64,000 nucleotides of DNA from assembly GCA_053919585.1 (NCBI GenBank), contig CM132823.1. One strand, 5' to 3'. A model generated the notes under the pieces. That model was not told the origin of the DNA, did not search any database, and was given only the letters and a program-made list of their open reading frames with translations. A program made the translations under genes and the position numbers. Source of the DNA: Euprymna scolopes. Its lineage: Eukaryota. This document shows, in pieces, positions 1 through 16,300 of this stretch (the stretch's first letter is position 1; each line of letters starts with the position of its first letter).

Positions 1-632
1 TTGATCTGGCATAATGATGATTCATTAAATTTGTGGGGTCTGCGTACGCGCCTGGTCCGCAAAGTATAGAAATAAAAAACTTAAAAATTAAAAAAAAAAG
101 TTTACAAGTGTTTTTGATATAGATGTACATAATAATACTTTGCTAAGTATGTTTTAACTTAAATAGGGATGGTATAATAAAAATTGTGGGGTCTGCGTTC
201 ACGCCTGGCCTCTATAGAATGGAAATAGGCACACATTTTAATAAAGACTTTTCATATCTATCTGCTTAAATACACTTCGATAATTATGCTTCAGTTTGAA
301 GAAATATGGTATAATAAAATTATGGGGTGTTCGTTCGCACCTGACCTCCATAGAATGGAAATATGTCACAAAGTTTAACAAGGTTTTTTTTAATATAGAT
401 CCACAGAATATTGTGATAAGTGTTTCAGTGTGAACAGGTATGGTATAATAAATTATGGGGTTTATCTATTTCATTTTTACTTTCATCATATTTTGCTTTG
501 GTTTTGATACTCCTAAATTCGAAGCTATCTCTTTACAACCCTTCCTTTTCATAACCTATCATACTTTCATAAATCCGAATCCATTTTCTGTAGGCTGTTT
601 TTGAACACAGTCAACGACGGGTACTTTTGCTA

Positions 633-634
<2 letters not shown>
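1..634 (+). mobile_element. 3' part of a non-autonomous Helitron-like element with internal ~135-150 bp tandem repeats
   Basis: Four degenerate copies of ggtataataaaa.ttgtggggtctgcg... (tgggg at ~34, 187, 323, 456). Ends in an imperfect hairpin cagtc-aac-gacgg followed by CTAGT (630-634), directly abutting (TA)n. This is the typical Helitron 3' end layout. Confidence 0.6.

Positions 635-722
<88 letters not shown>
634..722. repeat. (TA)n(TG)n compound microsatellite
   Basis: Directly visible. Confidence 0.98.
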
Positions 723-724
<2 letters not shown>

Positions 725-830
725 GGTGGATTGATCGAAATCGAAATCGGAAATCGGAAAAATCCGAACTTTGGGGGTATCAGAATCGATATCGGAAAAA
801 TTCGTACCTAATTTCCGATTCCAAAAACGA
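723..830. mobile_element. Possible DNA-transposon terminus
   Basis: taggtggattgatcg followed by repeated aaatcg/aaatcgg motifs. Resembles the tagggtagatcgat terminus at 40608. No partner TIR found. Confidence 0.3.
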
Positions 831-1355
831 TTCTTTTTATATTTTTAGTCTTAATTTTCCATTGCTTATACTACTGATAACTTTTTATTGTTTTTAAACT
901 TTTAGTAAAACTAAACTTTGTAGATCATAATAACATCCAAATAAGATGTAATTCTTTTATTTGCAGAAAACAAACAAAACTTGAAAATTTATGAAAATTC
1001 AATAGGTAACCCCTAGAAGAATGCAGTTTATTTACGAGGTATCGAAAAAATTGTTTAAAATTAAAGAAATATTTTGTCAAGAAAAATGCTATCAAACATG
1101 ATTGCTAATTAAATCAAAAGTATAATATTAAAAACGTTTTTTAATCTTTAATTTATTTATTTAATGGGTTTATGCTTTTGTTAAGCTGAGTTTGGTCCGG
1201 TTTTTGTCTGCTCCCTCACTCCACATTGACAAATATAACAAGGAATGGACAAAAGGTACGAAAAAAACTTAGCTTTGTAGAAATTTGAAATTAATTTGAG
1301 AATTTTCATGCTTCGGTGTGAAAAACTTTTAGCATCAAACGTTCTTTGATTCTGC

Positions 1356-4300
1356 CATTTCCTCATACTTAGACTTAAGCATTCCTATATATCATTTCCT
1401 CATACTTAGACTTAAGCATTCCTATATATCATTTCCTCATACTTAGACTGAAGCATTCCTATATATCATTTCCTCATACTTAGACTGAAGAATTGCTATA
1501 TATCATTTCCTCATACTTAGACTTAAGCATTCCTATATATCATTTCCTCATACTTAGACTGAAGCATTCCTATATATCATTTCCTCATACTTAGACTGAA
1601 GCATTGCTATATATCATTTCCTCATACTTAGACTTAAGCATTCCTATATATCATTTCCTCATACTTAGACTGAAGCATTCCTATATATCATTTCCTCATA
1701 CTTAGACTGAAGCATTGCTATATATCATTTCCTCATACTTAGACTTAAGCATTCCTATATATCATTTCCTCATACTTAGACTGAAGCATTCCTATATATC
1801 ATTTCCTCATACTTAGACTTAAGCATTCCTATATATCATTTCCTCATACTTAGACTGAAGCATTCCTATATATCATTTCCTCATACTTAGACTTAAGCAT
1901 TCCTATATATCATTTCCTCATACTTAGACTTAAGCATTCCTATATATCATTTCCTCATACTTAGACTGAAGCATTCCTATATATCATTTCCTCATACTTA
2001 GACTTAAGCATTCCTATATATCATTTCCTCATACTTAGACTGAAGCATTCCTATATATCATTTCCTCATACTTAGACTTAAGCATTCCTATATATCATTT
2101 CCTCGTACTTAGACTGAAGCATTCCTATATATCATTTCCTCATACTTAGACTTAAGCATTCTTATATATCATTTCCTCATACTTAGACTGAAGCATTCCT
2201 ATATATCATTTCCTCATACTTAGACTTAAGCATTCCTATATATCATTTCCTCATACTTAGACTTAAGCATTCCTATATATCATTTCCTCATACTTAGACT
2301 TAAGCATTCCTATATATCATTTCCTCATACTTAGACTTAAGCATTCCTATATATCATTTCCTCATACTTAGACTTAAGCATTCCGATATATCATTTCCTC
2401 ATACTTAGACTTAAGCATTCCTCATACTTAGACTTAAGCATTCCTATATATCATTTCCTCATACTTAGACTTAAGCATTCTTATATATCATTTCCTCATA
2501 CTTAGACTTAAGCATTCCTATATATCATATCCTCATACTTAGACTTAAGCATTCCTATATATCATTTCCTCATACTTAGACTTAAGCATTCCTATATATC
2601 ATTTCCTCATACTTAGACTTAAGCATTCCTATATATCATTTCCTCATACTTAGACTTAAGCATTCCTATATATCATTTCCTCATACTTAAACTGAAGCAT
2701 TCCTATATATCATTTCCTCATACTTAGACTTAAGCATTCCTATATATCATTTCCTCGTACTTAGACTGAAGCATTCCTATATATCATTTCCTCATACTTA
2801 GACTTAAGCATTCCTATATATCATTTCCTCGTACTTAGACTGAAGCATTCCTATATATCATTTCCTCATACTTAGACTTAAGCATTCTTATATATCATTT
2901 CCTCATACTTAGACTGAAGCATTCCTATATATCATTTCCTCATACTTAGACTTAAGCATTCCTATATATCATTTCCTCATACTTAGACTTAAGCATTCCT
3001 ATATATCATTTCCTCATACTTAGACTTAAGCATTCCTATATATCATTTCCTCATACTTAGACTTAAGCATTCCTATATATCATTTCCTCATACTTAGACT
3101 TAAGCATTCCTATATATCATTTCCTCATACTTAGACTGAAGCATTCCTATATATAATTTCCTCATACTTAGACTGAAGCATTCCTATATATCATTTCCTC
3201 ATACTAAGACTTAAGCATTCCTATATATCATTTCCTCATACTTAGACTGAAGCATTCCTATATATCATTTCCTCATACTTAGACTTAAGCATTCCTATAT
3301 ATCATATCCTCATACTTAGACTTAAGCATTCCTATATATCATTTCCTCATACTTAGACTTAAGCATTCCTATATATCATTTCCTCATACTTAGACTGAAG
3401 CATTCCTATATATCATTTCCTCATACTTAGACTGAAGCATTGCTATATATCATTTCCTCATACTTAGACTTAAGCATTCCTATATATCATTTCCTCATAC
3501 TTAGACTTAAGCATTCCTATATATCATTTCCTCATACTTAGACTTAAGCATTCCTATATATCATTTCCTCATACTTAGACTGAAGCATTCCTATATATCA
3601 TTTCCTCATACTTAGACTTAAGCATTCCTATATATCATTTCCTCATACTTAGACTTAAGCATTCCTATATATCATTTCCTCATACTTAGACTGAAGCATT
3701 CCTATATATCATTTCCTCATACTTAGACTTAAGCATTCCTATATATCATTTCCTCGTACTTAGACTGAAGCATTCCTATATATCATTTCCTCATACTTAG
3801 ACTTAAGCATTCCTATATATCATTTCCTCGTACTTAGACTGAAGCATTCCTATATATCATTTCCTCATACTTAGACTTAAGCATTCTTATATATCATTTC
3901 CTCATACTTAGACTTAAGCATTCCTATATATCATTTCCTCATACTTAGACTTAAGCATTCCTATATATTATTTCCTCATACTTAGACTTAAGCATTCCTA
4001 TATATCATTTCCTCATACTTAGACTTAAGCATTCCTATATATCATTTCCTCATACTTAGACTTAAGAATTCCTATATATCATTTCCTCATACTAAGACTT
4101 AAGCATTCCTATATATCATTTCCTCATACTTAGACTGAAGCATTCCTATATATAATTTCCTCATACTTAGACTGAAGCATTCCTATATATCATTTCCTCA
4201 TACTTAGACTTAAGCATTCCTATATATCATTTCCTCATACTTAGACTGAAGCATTCCTATATATCATTTCCTCATACTTAGACTTAAGCATTCCTATATA

Positions 4301-7300
4301 TCATTTCCTCATACTTAGACTTAAGCATTCCTATATATCATTTCCTCATACTTAGACTTAAGCATTCCTATATATCATTTCCTCATACTTAGACTTAAGC
4401 ATTCCTATATATCATTTCTTCATACTTAGACTTAAGCATTCTTATATATCATTTCCTCATACATAGACTTAAGCATTCCTATATATCATTTCCTCATACT
4501 TAGACTTAAGCATTCCTATATATCATTTCCTCATACTTAGACTTAAGCATTCCTATATATCATTTCCTCATACTTAGACTTAAGCATTCCTATATATCAT
4601 TTCCTCATACTTAGACTTAAGCATTCCTATATATCATTTCTTCATACTTAGACTTAAGCATTCCTATATATCATTTCCTCATACTTAGGCTTAAGCATTC
4701 CTATATATCATTTCCTCATACTTAGACTGAAGCATTCCTATATATCATTTCCTCATACTTAGACTTAAGCATTCCTATATATCATTTCCTCATACTTAGA
4801 CTTAAGCATTCCTATATATCATTTCCTCATACTTAGACTTAAGCATTCCTATATATCATTTCCTCATACTTAGACTTAAGCATTCCTATATATCATTTCC
4901 TCATACTTAGACTTAAGCATTCCTATATATCATTTCCTCATACTTAGACTGAAGCATTCCTATATATAATTTCCTCATACTTAGACTGAAGCATTCCTAT
5001 ATATCATTTCCTCATACTTAGACTTAAGCATTCCTATATATCATTTCCTCATACTTAGACTGAAGCATTCCTATATATCATTTCCTCATACTTAGACTTA
5101 AGCATTCCTATATATCATTTCCTCATACTTAGACTTAAGCATTCCTATATATCATTTCCTCATACTTAGACTTAAGCATTCCTATATATCATTTCCTCAT
5201 ACTTAGACCTAAGCATTCCTATATATCATTTCCTCATACTTAGACTTAAGCATTCCTATATATCATTTCCTCATACTTAGACTTAAGCATTCCTATATAT
5301 CATTTCCTCATACTTAGACTTAAGCATTCCTATATATCATTTCCTCATACTTAGACTGAAGCATTCCTATATATCATTTCCTCATACTTAGACTTAAGCA
5401 TTCCTATATATCATTTCCTCATACTTAGACTTAAGCATTCCTATATATCATTTCCTCGTACTTAGACTGAAGCATTCCTATATATCATGTCCTCATACTT
5501 AGACTTAAGCATTCCTATATATCATTTCCTCGTACTTAGACTGAAGCATTCCTATATATCATTTCCTCATACTTAGACTTAAGCATTCTTATATATCATT
5601 TCCTCATACTTAGACTGAAGCATTCCTATATATCATTTCCTCATACTTAGACTTAAGCATTCCTATATATCATTTCCTCATACTTAGACTTAAGCATTCC
5701 TATATATCATTTCCTCATACTTAGACTTAAGCATTCCTATATATCATTTCCTCATACTTAGACTTAAGCATTCCTATATATCATTTCCTCATACTAAGAC
5801 TTAAGCATTCCTATATATCATTTCCTCATACTTAGACTGAAGCATTCCTATATATAATTTCCTCATACTTAGACTGAAGCATTCCTATATATCATTTCCT
5901 CATACTTAGACTTATGCATTCCTATATATCATTTCCTCATACTTAGACTGAAGCATTCCTATATATCATTTCCTCATACTTAGACTTAAGCATTCCTATA
6001 TATCATTTCCTCGTACTTAGACTGAAGCATTCCTATATATCATTTCCTCATACTTAGACTTAAGCATTCTTATATATCATTTCCTCATACTTAGACTTAA
6101 GCATTCCTATATATCATTTCCTCATACTTAGACTTAAGCATTCCTATATATCATTTCCTCATACTTAGACGTAAGCATTCCTATATATCATTTCCTCATA
6201 CTTAGACTTAAGCATTCCTATATATCATTTCCTCATACTTAGACTTAAGAATTCCTATATATCATTTCCTCATACTTAGACTTAAGCATTCCTATATATC
6301 ATTTCCTCATACTTAGACTGAAGCATTCCTATATATAATTTCCTCATACTTAGACTGAAGCATTCCTATATATCATTTCCTCATACTTAGACTTAAGCAT
6401 TCCTATATATCATTTCCTCATACTTAGACTTAAGCATTCCTATATATCATTTCCTCATACTTAGACTTAAGCATTCCTATATATCATTTCCTCATACTTA
6501 GACTTAAGCATTCCTATATATCATTTCCTCATACTTAGACTTAAGCATTCCTATATATCATTTCCTCATACTTAGACTTAAGCATTCCTATATATCATTT
6601 CTTCATACTTAGACTTAAGCATTCTTATATATCATTTCCTCATACTTAGACTTAAGCATTCCTATATATCATTTCCTCATACTTAGACTTAAGCATTCCT
6701 ATATATCATTTCCTCATACTTAGACTTAAGCATTCCTATATATCATTTCCTCATACTTAGACTTAAGCATTCCTATATATCATTTCCTCATACTTAGACT
6801 TAAGCATTCCTATATATCATTTCTTCATACTTAGACTTAAGCATTCCTATATATCATTTCCTCATACTTAGACTGAAGCATTCCTATATATCATTTCCTC
6901 ATACTTAGACTGAAGCATTCCTATATATCATTTCCTCATACTTAGACTTAAGCATTCCTATATATCATTTCCTCATACTTAGACTTAAGCATTCCTATAT
7001 ATCATTTCCTCATACTTAGACTTAAGCATTCCTATATATCATTTCCTCATACTTAGACTTAAGCATTCCTATATATCATTTCCTCATACTTAGACTTAAG
7101 CATTCCTATATATCATTTCCTCATACTTAGACCTAAGCATTCCTATATATCATTTCTTCATACTTAGACTTAAGCATTCTTATATATCATTTCCTCATAC
7201 TTAGACTTAAGCATTCCTATATATCATTTCCTCATACTTAGACTTAAGCATTCCTATATATCATTTCCTCATACTTAGACTTAAGCATTCCTATATATCA

Positions 7301-10300
7301 TTTCCTCATACTTAGACTTAAGCATTCCTATATATCATTTCCTCATACTTAGACTTAAGCATTCCTATATATCATTTCTTCATACTTAGACTTAAGCATT
7401 CCTATATATCATTTCCTCATACTTAGACTTAAGCATTCCTATATATCATTTCCTCATACTTAGACTTAAGCATTCCTATATATCATTTCCTCATACTTAG
7501 ACTTAAGCATTCCTATATATCATTTCCTCATACTTAGACTTAAGCATTCCTATATATCATTTCCTCATACTTAGACTTAAGCATTCCTATATATCATTTC
7601 CTCATACTTAGACTTAAGCATTCCTATATATCATATCCTCATACTTAGACTTAAGCATTCCTATATATCATTTCCTCATACTTAGACTTAAGCATTCCTA
7701 TATATCATTTCCTCATACTTAGACTTAAGCATTCCTATATATCATTTCCTCATACTTAGACTAAAGCATTCCTATATATCATTTCCTCATACTTAGACTT
7801 AAGCATTCCTATATATCATTTCCTCATACTTAGACTTAAGCATTCCTATATATCATTTCCTCATACTTAGACTTAAGCATTCCTATATATCATTTCCTCA
7901 TACTTAGACTTAAGCATTCCTATATATCATTTCCTCATAATTAGACTTAAGCATTCCTATATATCATTTCCTCATACTTAGACTTAAGCATTCCTATATA
8001 TCATTTCCTCATACTTAGACTTAAGCATTCCTATATATCATTTCCTCATACTTAGACTTAAGCATTCCTATATATCATTTCCCATACTTAGACTTAAGCA
8101 TTCCTATATATCATTTCTTCATACTTAGACTTAAGCATTCCTATATATCATTTCCTCATACTTAGACTTAAGCATTCCTATATATCATTTCCTCATACTT
8201 AGACTTAAGCATTCCTATATATCATTTCCTCATACTTAGACTTAAGCATTCCTATATATCATTTCCTCATACTTAGACTTAAGCATTCCTATATATAATT
8301 TCCTCATACTTAGACTTAAGCATTCCTATATATCATTTCTTCATACTTAGACTTAAGCATTCTTATATATCATTTCCTCATACTTAGACTTAAGCATTCC
8401 TATATATCATATCCTCATACTTAGACTTAAGCATTCCTATATATCATTTCCTCATACTTAGACTTAAGCATTCCTATATATCATTTCCTCATACTTAGAC
8501 TTAAGCATTCCTATATATCATTTCCTCATACTTAGACTAAAGCATTCCTATATATCATTTCCTCATACTTAGACTTAAGCATTCCTATATATCATTTCCT
8601 CATACTTAGACTTAAGCATTCCTATATATCATTTCCTCATACTTAGACTTAAGCATTCCTATATATCATTTCCTCATACTTAGACTTAAGCATTCCTATA
8701 TATCATTTCCTCATAATTAGACTTAAGCATTCCTATATATCATTTCCTCATACTTAGACTTAAGCATTCCTATATATCATTTCCTCATACTTAGACTTAA
8801 GCATTCCTATATATCATTTCCTCATACTTAGACTTAAGCATTCCTATATATCATTTCCTCATACTTAGACTTAAGCATTTCTATATATCATTTCCTCATA
8901 CTTAGACTGAAGCATTCCTATATATCATTTCCTCATACTTAGACTTAAGCATTCCTATATATCATTTCCTCGTACTTAGACTTAAGCATTCCTATATATC
9001 ATTTCCTCATACTTAGACTGAAGCATTCCTATATATCATTTCTTCATACTTAGACTTAAGCATTCCTATATATCATTTCTTCATACTTAGACTTAAGCAT
9101 TCCTATATATCATTTCCTCATACTTAGACTGAAGCATTCCTATATATCATTTCCTCATACTTAGACTTAAGCATTCCTATATATCATTCCCTCATACTTA
9201 GACTGAAGCATTCCTATATATCATTTCCTCATACTTAGACTTAAGCATTCCTATATATCATTTCCTCATACTTAGACTTAAGCATTCCTATATATCATTT
9301 CCTCATACTTAGACTGAAGCATTCCTATATATCATTTCCTCATACTTAGACTTAAGCATTCCTATATATCATTTCCTCGTACTTAGACTGAAGCATTCCT
9401 ATATATCATTTCCTCATACTTAGACTTAAGCATTCCTATATATCATTTCCTCGTACTTAGACTGAAGCATTCCTATATATCATTTCCTCATACTTAGACT
9501 TAAGCATTCTTATATATCATTTCCTCATACTTAGACTTAAGCATTCCTATATATCATTTCCTCATACTTAGACTTAAGCATTCCTATATATCATTTCCTC
9601 ATACTTAGACTTAAGCATTCCTATATATCATTTCCTCATACTTAGACTTAAGCATTCCTATATATCATTTCCTCATACTTAGACTTAAGAATTCCTATAT
9701 ATCATTTCCTCATACTTAGACTTAAGCATTCCTATATATCATTTCCTCATACTTAGACTGAAGCATTCCTATATATAATTTCCTCATACTTAGACTGAAG
9801 CATTCCTATATATCATTTCCTCATACTTAGACTTAAGCATTCCTATATATCATTTCCTCATACTTAGACTGAAGCATTCCTATATATCATTTCCTCATAC
9901 TTAGACTTAAGCATTCCTATATATCATTTCCTCATACTTAGACTTAAGCATTCCTATATATCATTTCCTCATACTTAGACTTAAGCATTCCTATATATCA
10001 TTTCCTCATACTTAGACGTAAGCATTCCTATATATCATTTCTTCATACTTAGACTTAAGCATTCTTATATATCATTTCCTCATACTTAGACTTAAGCATT
10101 CCTATATATCATTTCCTCATACTTAGACTTAAGCATTCCTATATATCATTTCCTCATACTTAGACTTAAGCATTCCTATATATCATTTCCTCATACTTAG
10201 ACTTAAGCATTCCTATATATCATTTCCTCATACTTAGACTGAAGCATTCCTATATATAATTTCCTCATACTTAGACTGAAGCATTCCTATATATCATTTC

Positions 10301-13300
10301 CTCATACTTAGACTTAAGCATTCCTATATATCATTTTCTCATACTTAGACTGAAGCATTCCTATATATCATTTCCTCATACTTAGACTTAAGCATTCCTA
10401 TATATCATTTCCTCATACTTAGACCTAAGCATTCCTATATATCATTTCTTCATACTTAGACTTAAGCATTCTTATATATCATTTCCTCATACTTAGACTT
10501 AAGCATTCCTATATATCATTTCCTCATACTTAGACTTAAGCATTCCTATATATCATTTCCTCATACTTAGACTTAAGCATTCCTATATATCATTTCTTCA
10601 TACTTAGACTTAAGCATTCTTATATATCATTTCCTCATACTTAGACTTAAGCATTCCTATATATCATATCCTCATACTTAGACTTAAGCATTACTATATA
10701 TCATTTCCTCATACTTAGACTTAAGCATTCCTATATATCATTTCCTCATACTTAGACTTAAGCATTCCTATATATCATTTCCTCGTACTTAGACTTAAGC
10801 ATTCCTATATATCATTTCCTCATACTTAGACTGAAGCATTCCTATATATCATTTCTTCATACTTAGACTTAAGCATTCCTATATATCATTTCTTCATACT
10901 TAGACTTAAGCATTCCTATATATCATTTCCTCATACTTAGACTGAAGCATTCCTATATATCATTTCCTCATACTTAGACTTAAGCATTCCTATATATCAT
11001 TCCCTCATACTTAGACTGAAGCATTCCTATATATCATTTCCTCATACTTAGACTTAAGCATTCCTATATATCATTTCCTCATACTTAGACTTAAGCATTC
11101 CTATATATCATTTCCTCATACTTAGACTGAAGCATTCCTATATATCATTTCCTCATACTTAGACTTAAGCATTCCTATATATCATTTCCTCGTACTTAGA
11201 CTGAAGCATTCCTATATATCATTTCCTCATACTTAGACTTAAGCATTCCTATATATCATTTCCTCGTACTTAGACTGAAGCATTCCTATATATCATTTCC
11301 TCATACTTAGACTTAAGCATTCTTATATATCATTTCCTCATACTTAGACTTAAGCATTCCTATATATCATTTCCTCATACTTAGACTTAAGCATTCCTAT
11401 ATATCATTTCCTCATACTTAGACTTAAGCATTCCTATATATCATTTCCTCATACTTAGACTTAAGCATTCCTATATATCATTTCCTCATACTTAGACTTA
11501 AGAATTCCTATATATCATTTCCTCATACTTAGACTTAAGCATTCCTATATATCATTTCCTCATACTTAGACTGAAGCATTCCTATATATAATTTCCTCAT
11601 ACTTAGACTGAAGCATTCCTATATATCATTTCCTCATACTTAGACTTAAGCATTCCTATATATCATTTCCTCATACTTAGACTGAAGCATTCCTATATAT
11701 CATTTCCTCATACTTAGACTTAAGCATTCCTATATATCATTTCCTCATACTTAGACTTAAGCATTCCTATATATCATTTCCTCATACTTAGACTTAAGCA
11801 TTCCTATATATCATTTCCTCATACTTAGACTTAAGCATTCCTATATATCATTTCTTCATACTTAGACTTAAGCATTCTTATATATCATTTCCTCATACTT
11901 AGACTTAAGCATTCCTATATATCATTTCCTCATACTTAGACTTAAGCATTCCTATATATCATTTCCTCATACTTAGACTTAAGCATTCCTATATATCATT
12001 TCCTCATACTTAGACTTAAGCATTCCTATATATCATTTCCTCATACTTAGACTGAAGCATTCCTATATATAATTTCCTCATACTTAGACTGAAGCATTCC
12101 TATATATCATTTCCTCATACTTAGACTTAAGCATTCCTATATATCATTTCCTCATACTTAGACTGAAGCATTCCTATATATCATTTCCTCATACTTAGAC
12201 TTAAGCATTCCTATATATCATTTCCTCATACTTAGACATAAGCATTCCTATATATCATTTCCTCATACTTAGACTTAAGCATTCCTATATATCATTTCCT
12301 CATACTTAGACCTAAGCATTCCTATATATCATTTCTTCATACTTAGACTTAAGCATTCTTATATATCATTTCCTCATACTTAGACTTAAGCATTCCTATA
12401 TATCATTTCCTCATACTTAGACTTAAGCATTCCTATATATCATTTCCTCATACTTAGACTTAAGCATTCCTATATATCATTTCCTCATACTTAGACTTAA
12501 GCATTCCTATATATCATTTCCTCATACTTAGACTTAAGCATTCCTATATATCATTTCTTCATACTTAGACTTAAGCATTCCTATATATCATTTCCTCATA
12601 CTTAGACTTAAGCATTCCTATATATCATTTCCTCATACTTAGACTTAAGCATTCCTATATATCATTTCCTCATACTTAGACTTAAGCATTCCTATATATC
12701 ATTTCCTCATACTTAGACTTAAGCATTCCTATATATCATTTCCTCATACTTAGACTTAAGCATTCCTATATATCATTTCTTCATACTTAGACTTAAGCAT
12801 TCTTATATATCATTTCCTCATACTTAGACTTAAGCATTCCTATATATCATATCCTCATACTTAGACTTAAGCATTCCTATATATCATTTCCTCATACTTA
12901 GACTTAAGCATTCCTATATATCATTTCCTCATACTTAGACTTAAGCATTCCTATATATCATTTCCTCATACTTAGACTAAAGCATTCCTATATATCATTT
13001 CCTCATACTTAGACTTAAGCATTCCTATATATCATTTCCTCATACTTAGACTTAAGCATTCCTATATATCATTTCCTCATACTTAGACTTAAGCATTCCT
13101 ATATATCATTTCCTCATACTTAGACTTAAGCATTCCTATATATCATTTCCTCATAATTAGACTTAAGCATTCCTATATATCATTTCCTCATACTTAGACT
13201 TAAGCATTCCTATATATCATTTCCTCATACTTAGACTTAAGCATTCCTATATATCATTTCCTCATACTTAGACTTAAGCATTCCTATATATCATTTCCTC

Positions 13301-16300
13301 ATACTTAGACTTAAGCATTTCTATATATCATTTCCTCATACTTAGACTGAAGCATTCCTATATATCATTTCCTCATACTTAGACTTAAGCATTCCTATAT
13401 ATCATTTCCTCGTACTTAGACTTAAGCATTCCTATATATCATTTCCTCATACTTAGACTGAAGCATTCCTATATATCATTTCTTCATACTTAGACTTAAG
13501 CATTCCTATATATCATTTCTTCATACTTAGACTTAAGCATTCCTATATATCATTTCCTCATACTTAGACTGAAGCATTCCTATATATCATTTCCTCATAC
13601 TTAGACTTAAGCATTCCTATATATCATTCCCTCATACTTAGACTGAAGCATTCCTATATATCATTTCCTCATACTTAGACTTAAGCATTCCTATATATCA
13701 TTTCCTCATACTTAGACTTAAGCATTCCTATATATCATTTCCTCATACTTAGACTGAAGCATTCCTATATATCATTTCCTCATACTTAGACTTAAGCATT
13801 CCTATACATCATTTCCTCGTACTTAGACTGAAGCATTCCTATATATCATTTCCTCATACTTAGACTTAAGCATTCCTATATATCATTTCCTCGTACTTAG
13901 ACTGAAGCATTCCTATATATCATTTCCTCATACTTAGACTTAAGCATTCTTATATATCATTTCCTCATACTTAGACTTAAGCATTCCTATATATCATTTC
14001 CTCATACTTAGACTTAAGCATTCCTATATATCATTTCCTCATACTTAGACTTAAGCATTCCTATATATCATTTCCTCATACTTAGACTTAAGCATTCCTA
14101 TATATCATTTCCTCATACTTAGACTTAAGAATTCCTATATATCATTTCCTCATACTTAGACTTAAGCATTCCTATATATCATTTCCTCATACTTAGACTG
14201 AAGCATTCCTATATATAATTTCCTCATACTTAGACTGAAGCATTCCTATATATCATTTCCTCATACTTAGACTTAAGCATTCCTATATATCATTTCCTCA
14301 TACTTAGACTGAAGCATTCCTATATATCATTTCCTCATACTTAGACTTAAGCATTCCTATATATCATTTCCTCATACTTAGACTTAAGCATTCCTATATA
14401 TCATTTCCTCATACTTAGACTTAAGCATTCCTATATATCATTTCCTCATACTTAGACTTAAGCATTCCTATATATCATTTCTTCATACTTAGACTTAAGC
14501 ATTCTTATATATCATTTCCTCATACTTAGACTTAAGCATTCCTATATATCATTTCCTCATACTTAGACTTAAGCATTCCTATATATCATTTCCTCATACT
14601 TAGACTTAAGCATTCCTATATATCATTTCCTCATACTTAGACTTAAGCATTCCTATATATCATTTCCTCATACTTAGACTTAAGCATTCCTATATATCAT
14701 TTCTTCATACTTAGACTTAAGCATTCCTATATATCATTTCCTCATACTTAGACTTAAGCATTCCTATATATCATTTCCTCATACTTAGACTGAAGCATTC
14801 CAATATATCATTTCCTCATACTTAGACTTAAGCATTCCTATATATCATTTCCTCATACTTAGACTTAAGCATTCCTATATATCATTTCCTCATACTTAGA
14901 CTTAAGCATTCCTATATATCATTTCCTCATACTTAGACTTAAGCATTCCTATATATCATTTCCTCATACTTAGACTTAAGCATTCCTATATATCATTTCC
15001 TCATACTTAGACTGAAGCATTCCTATATATAATTTCCTCATACTTAGACTGAAGCATTCCTATATATCATTTCCTCATACTTAGACTTAAGCATTCCTAT
15101 ATATCATTTCCTCATACTTAGACTGAAGCATTCCTATATATCATTTCCTCATACTTAGACTTAAGCATTCCTATATATCATTTCCTCATACTTCGACTTA
15201 AGCATTCCTATATATCATTTCCTCATACTTAGACTTAAGCATTCCTATATATCATTTCCTCATACTTAGACCTAAGCATTCCTATATATCATTTCTTCAT
15301 ACTTAGACTTAAGCATTCTTATATATCATTTCCTCATACTTAGACTTAAGCATTCCTATATTTCATTTCCTCATACTTAGACTTAAGCATTCCTATATAT
15401 CATTTCCTCATACTTAGACTTAAGCATTCCTATATATCATTTCCTCATACTTAGACTTAAGCATTCCTATATATCATTTCCTCATACTTAGACTGAAGCA
15501 TTCCTATATATCATTTCCTCATACTTAGACTGAAGCATTCCTATATATCATTTCCTCATACTTAGACTGAAGCATTCCTATATATCATTTCCTCATACTT
15601 AGACTTAAGCATTCCTATATATCATTTCCTCATACTTAGACTTAAGCATTCCTATATATCATTTCCTCATACTTAGACTTAAGCATTCCTATATATCATT
15701 TCCTCATACTTAGACCTAAGCATTCCTATATATCATTTCTTCATACTTAGACTTAAGCATTCTTATATATCATTTCCTCATACTTAGACTTAAGCATTCC
15801 TATATATCATTTCCTCATACTTAGACTTAAGCATTCCTATATATCATTTCCTCATACTTAGACTTAAGCATTCCTATATATCATTTCCTCATACTTAGAC
15901 TTAAGCATTCCTATATATCATTTCCTCATACTTAGACTTAAGCATTCCTATATATCATTTCTTCATACTTAGACTTAAGCATTCCTATATATCATTTCCT
16001 CATACTTAGACTTAAGCATTCCTATATATCATTTCCTCATACTTAGACTTAAGCATTCCTATATATCATTTCCTCATACTTAGACTTAAGCATTCCTATA
16101 TATCATTTCCTCATACTTAGACTTAAGCATTCCTATATATCATTTCCTCATACTTAGACTTAAGCATTCCTATATATCATTTCTTCATACTTAGACTTAA
16201 GCATTCTTATATATCATTTCCTCATACTTAGACTTAAGCATTCCTATATATCATATCCTCATACTTAGACTTAAGCATTCCTATATATCATTTCCTCATA

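Noticed and set aside
691-897. Microsatellite-driven ORFs (also 26743-26931, 62717-63064)
   Set aside because: CV, Y, SL and ER runs are translations of simple repeats.
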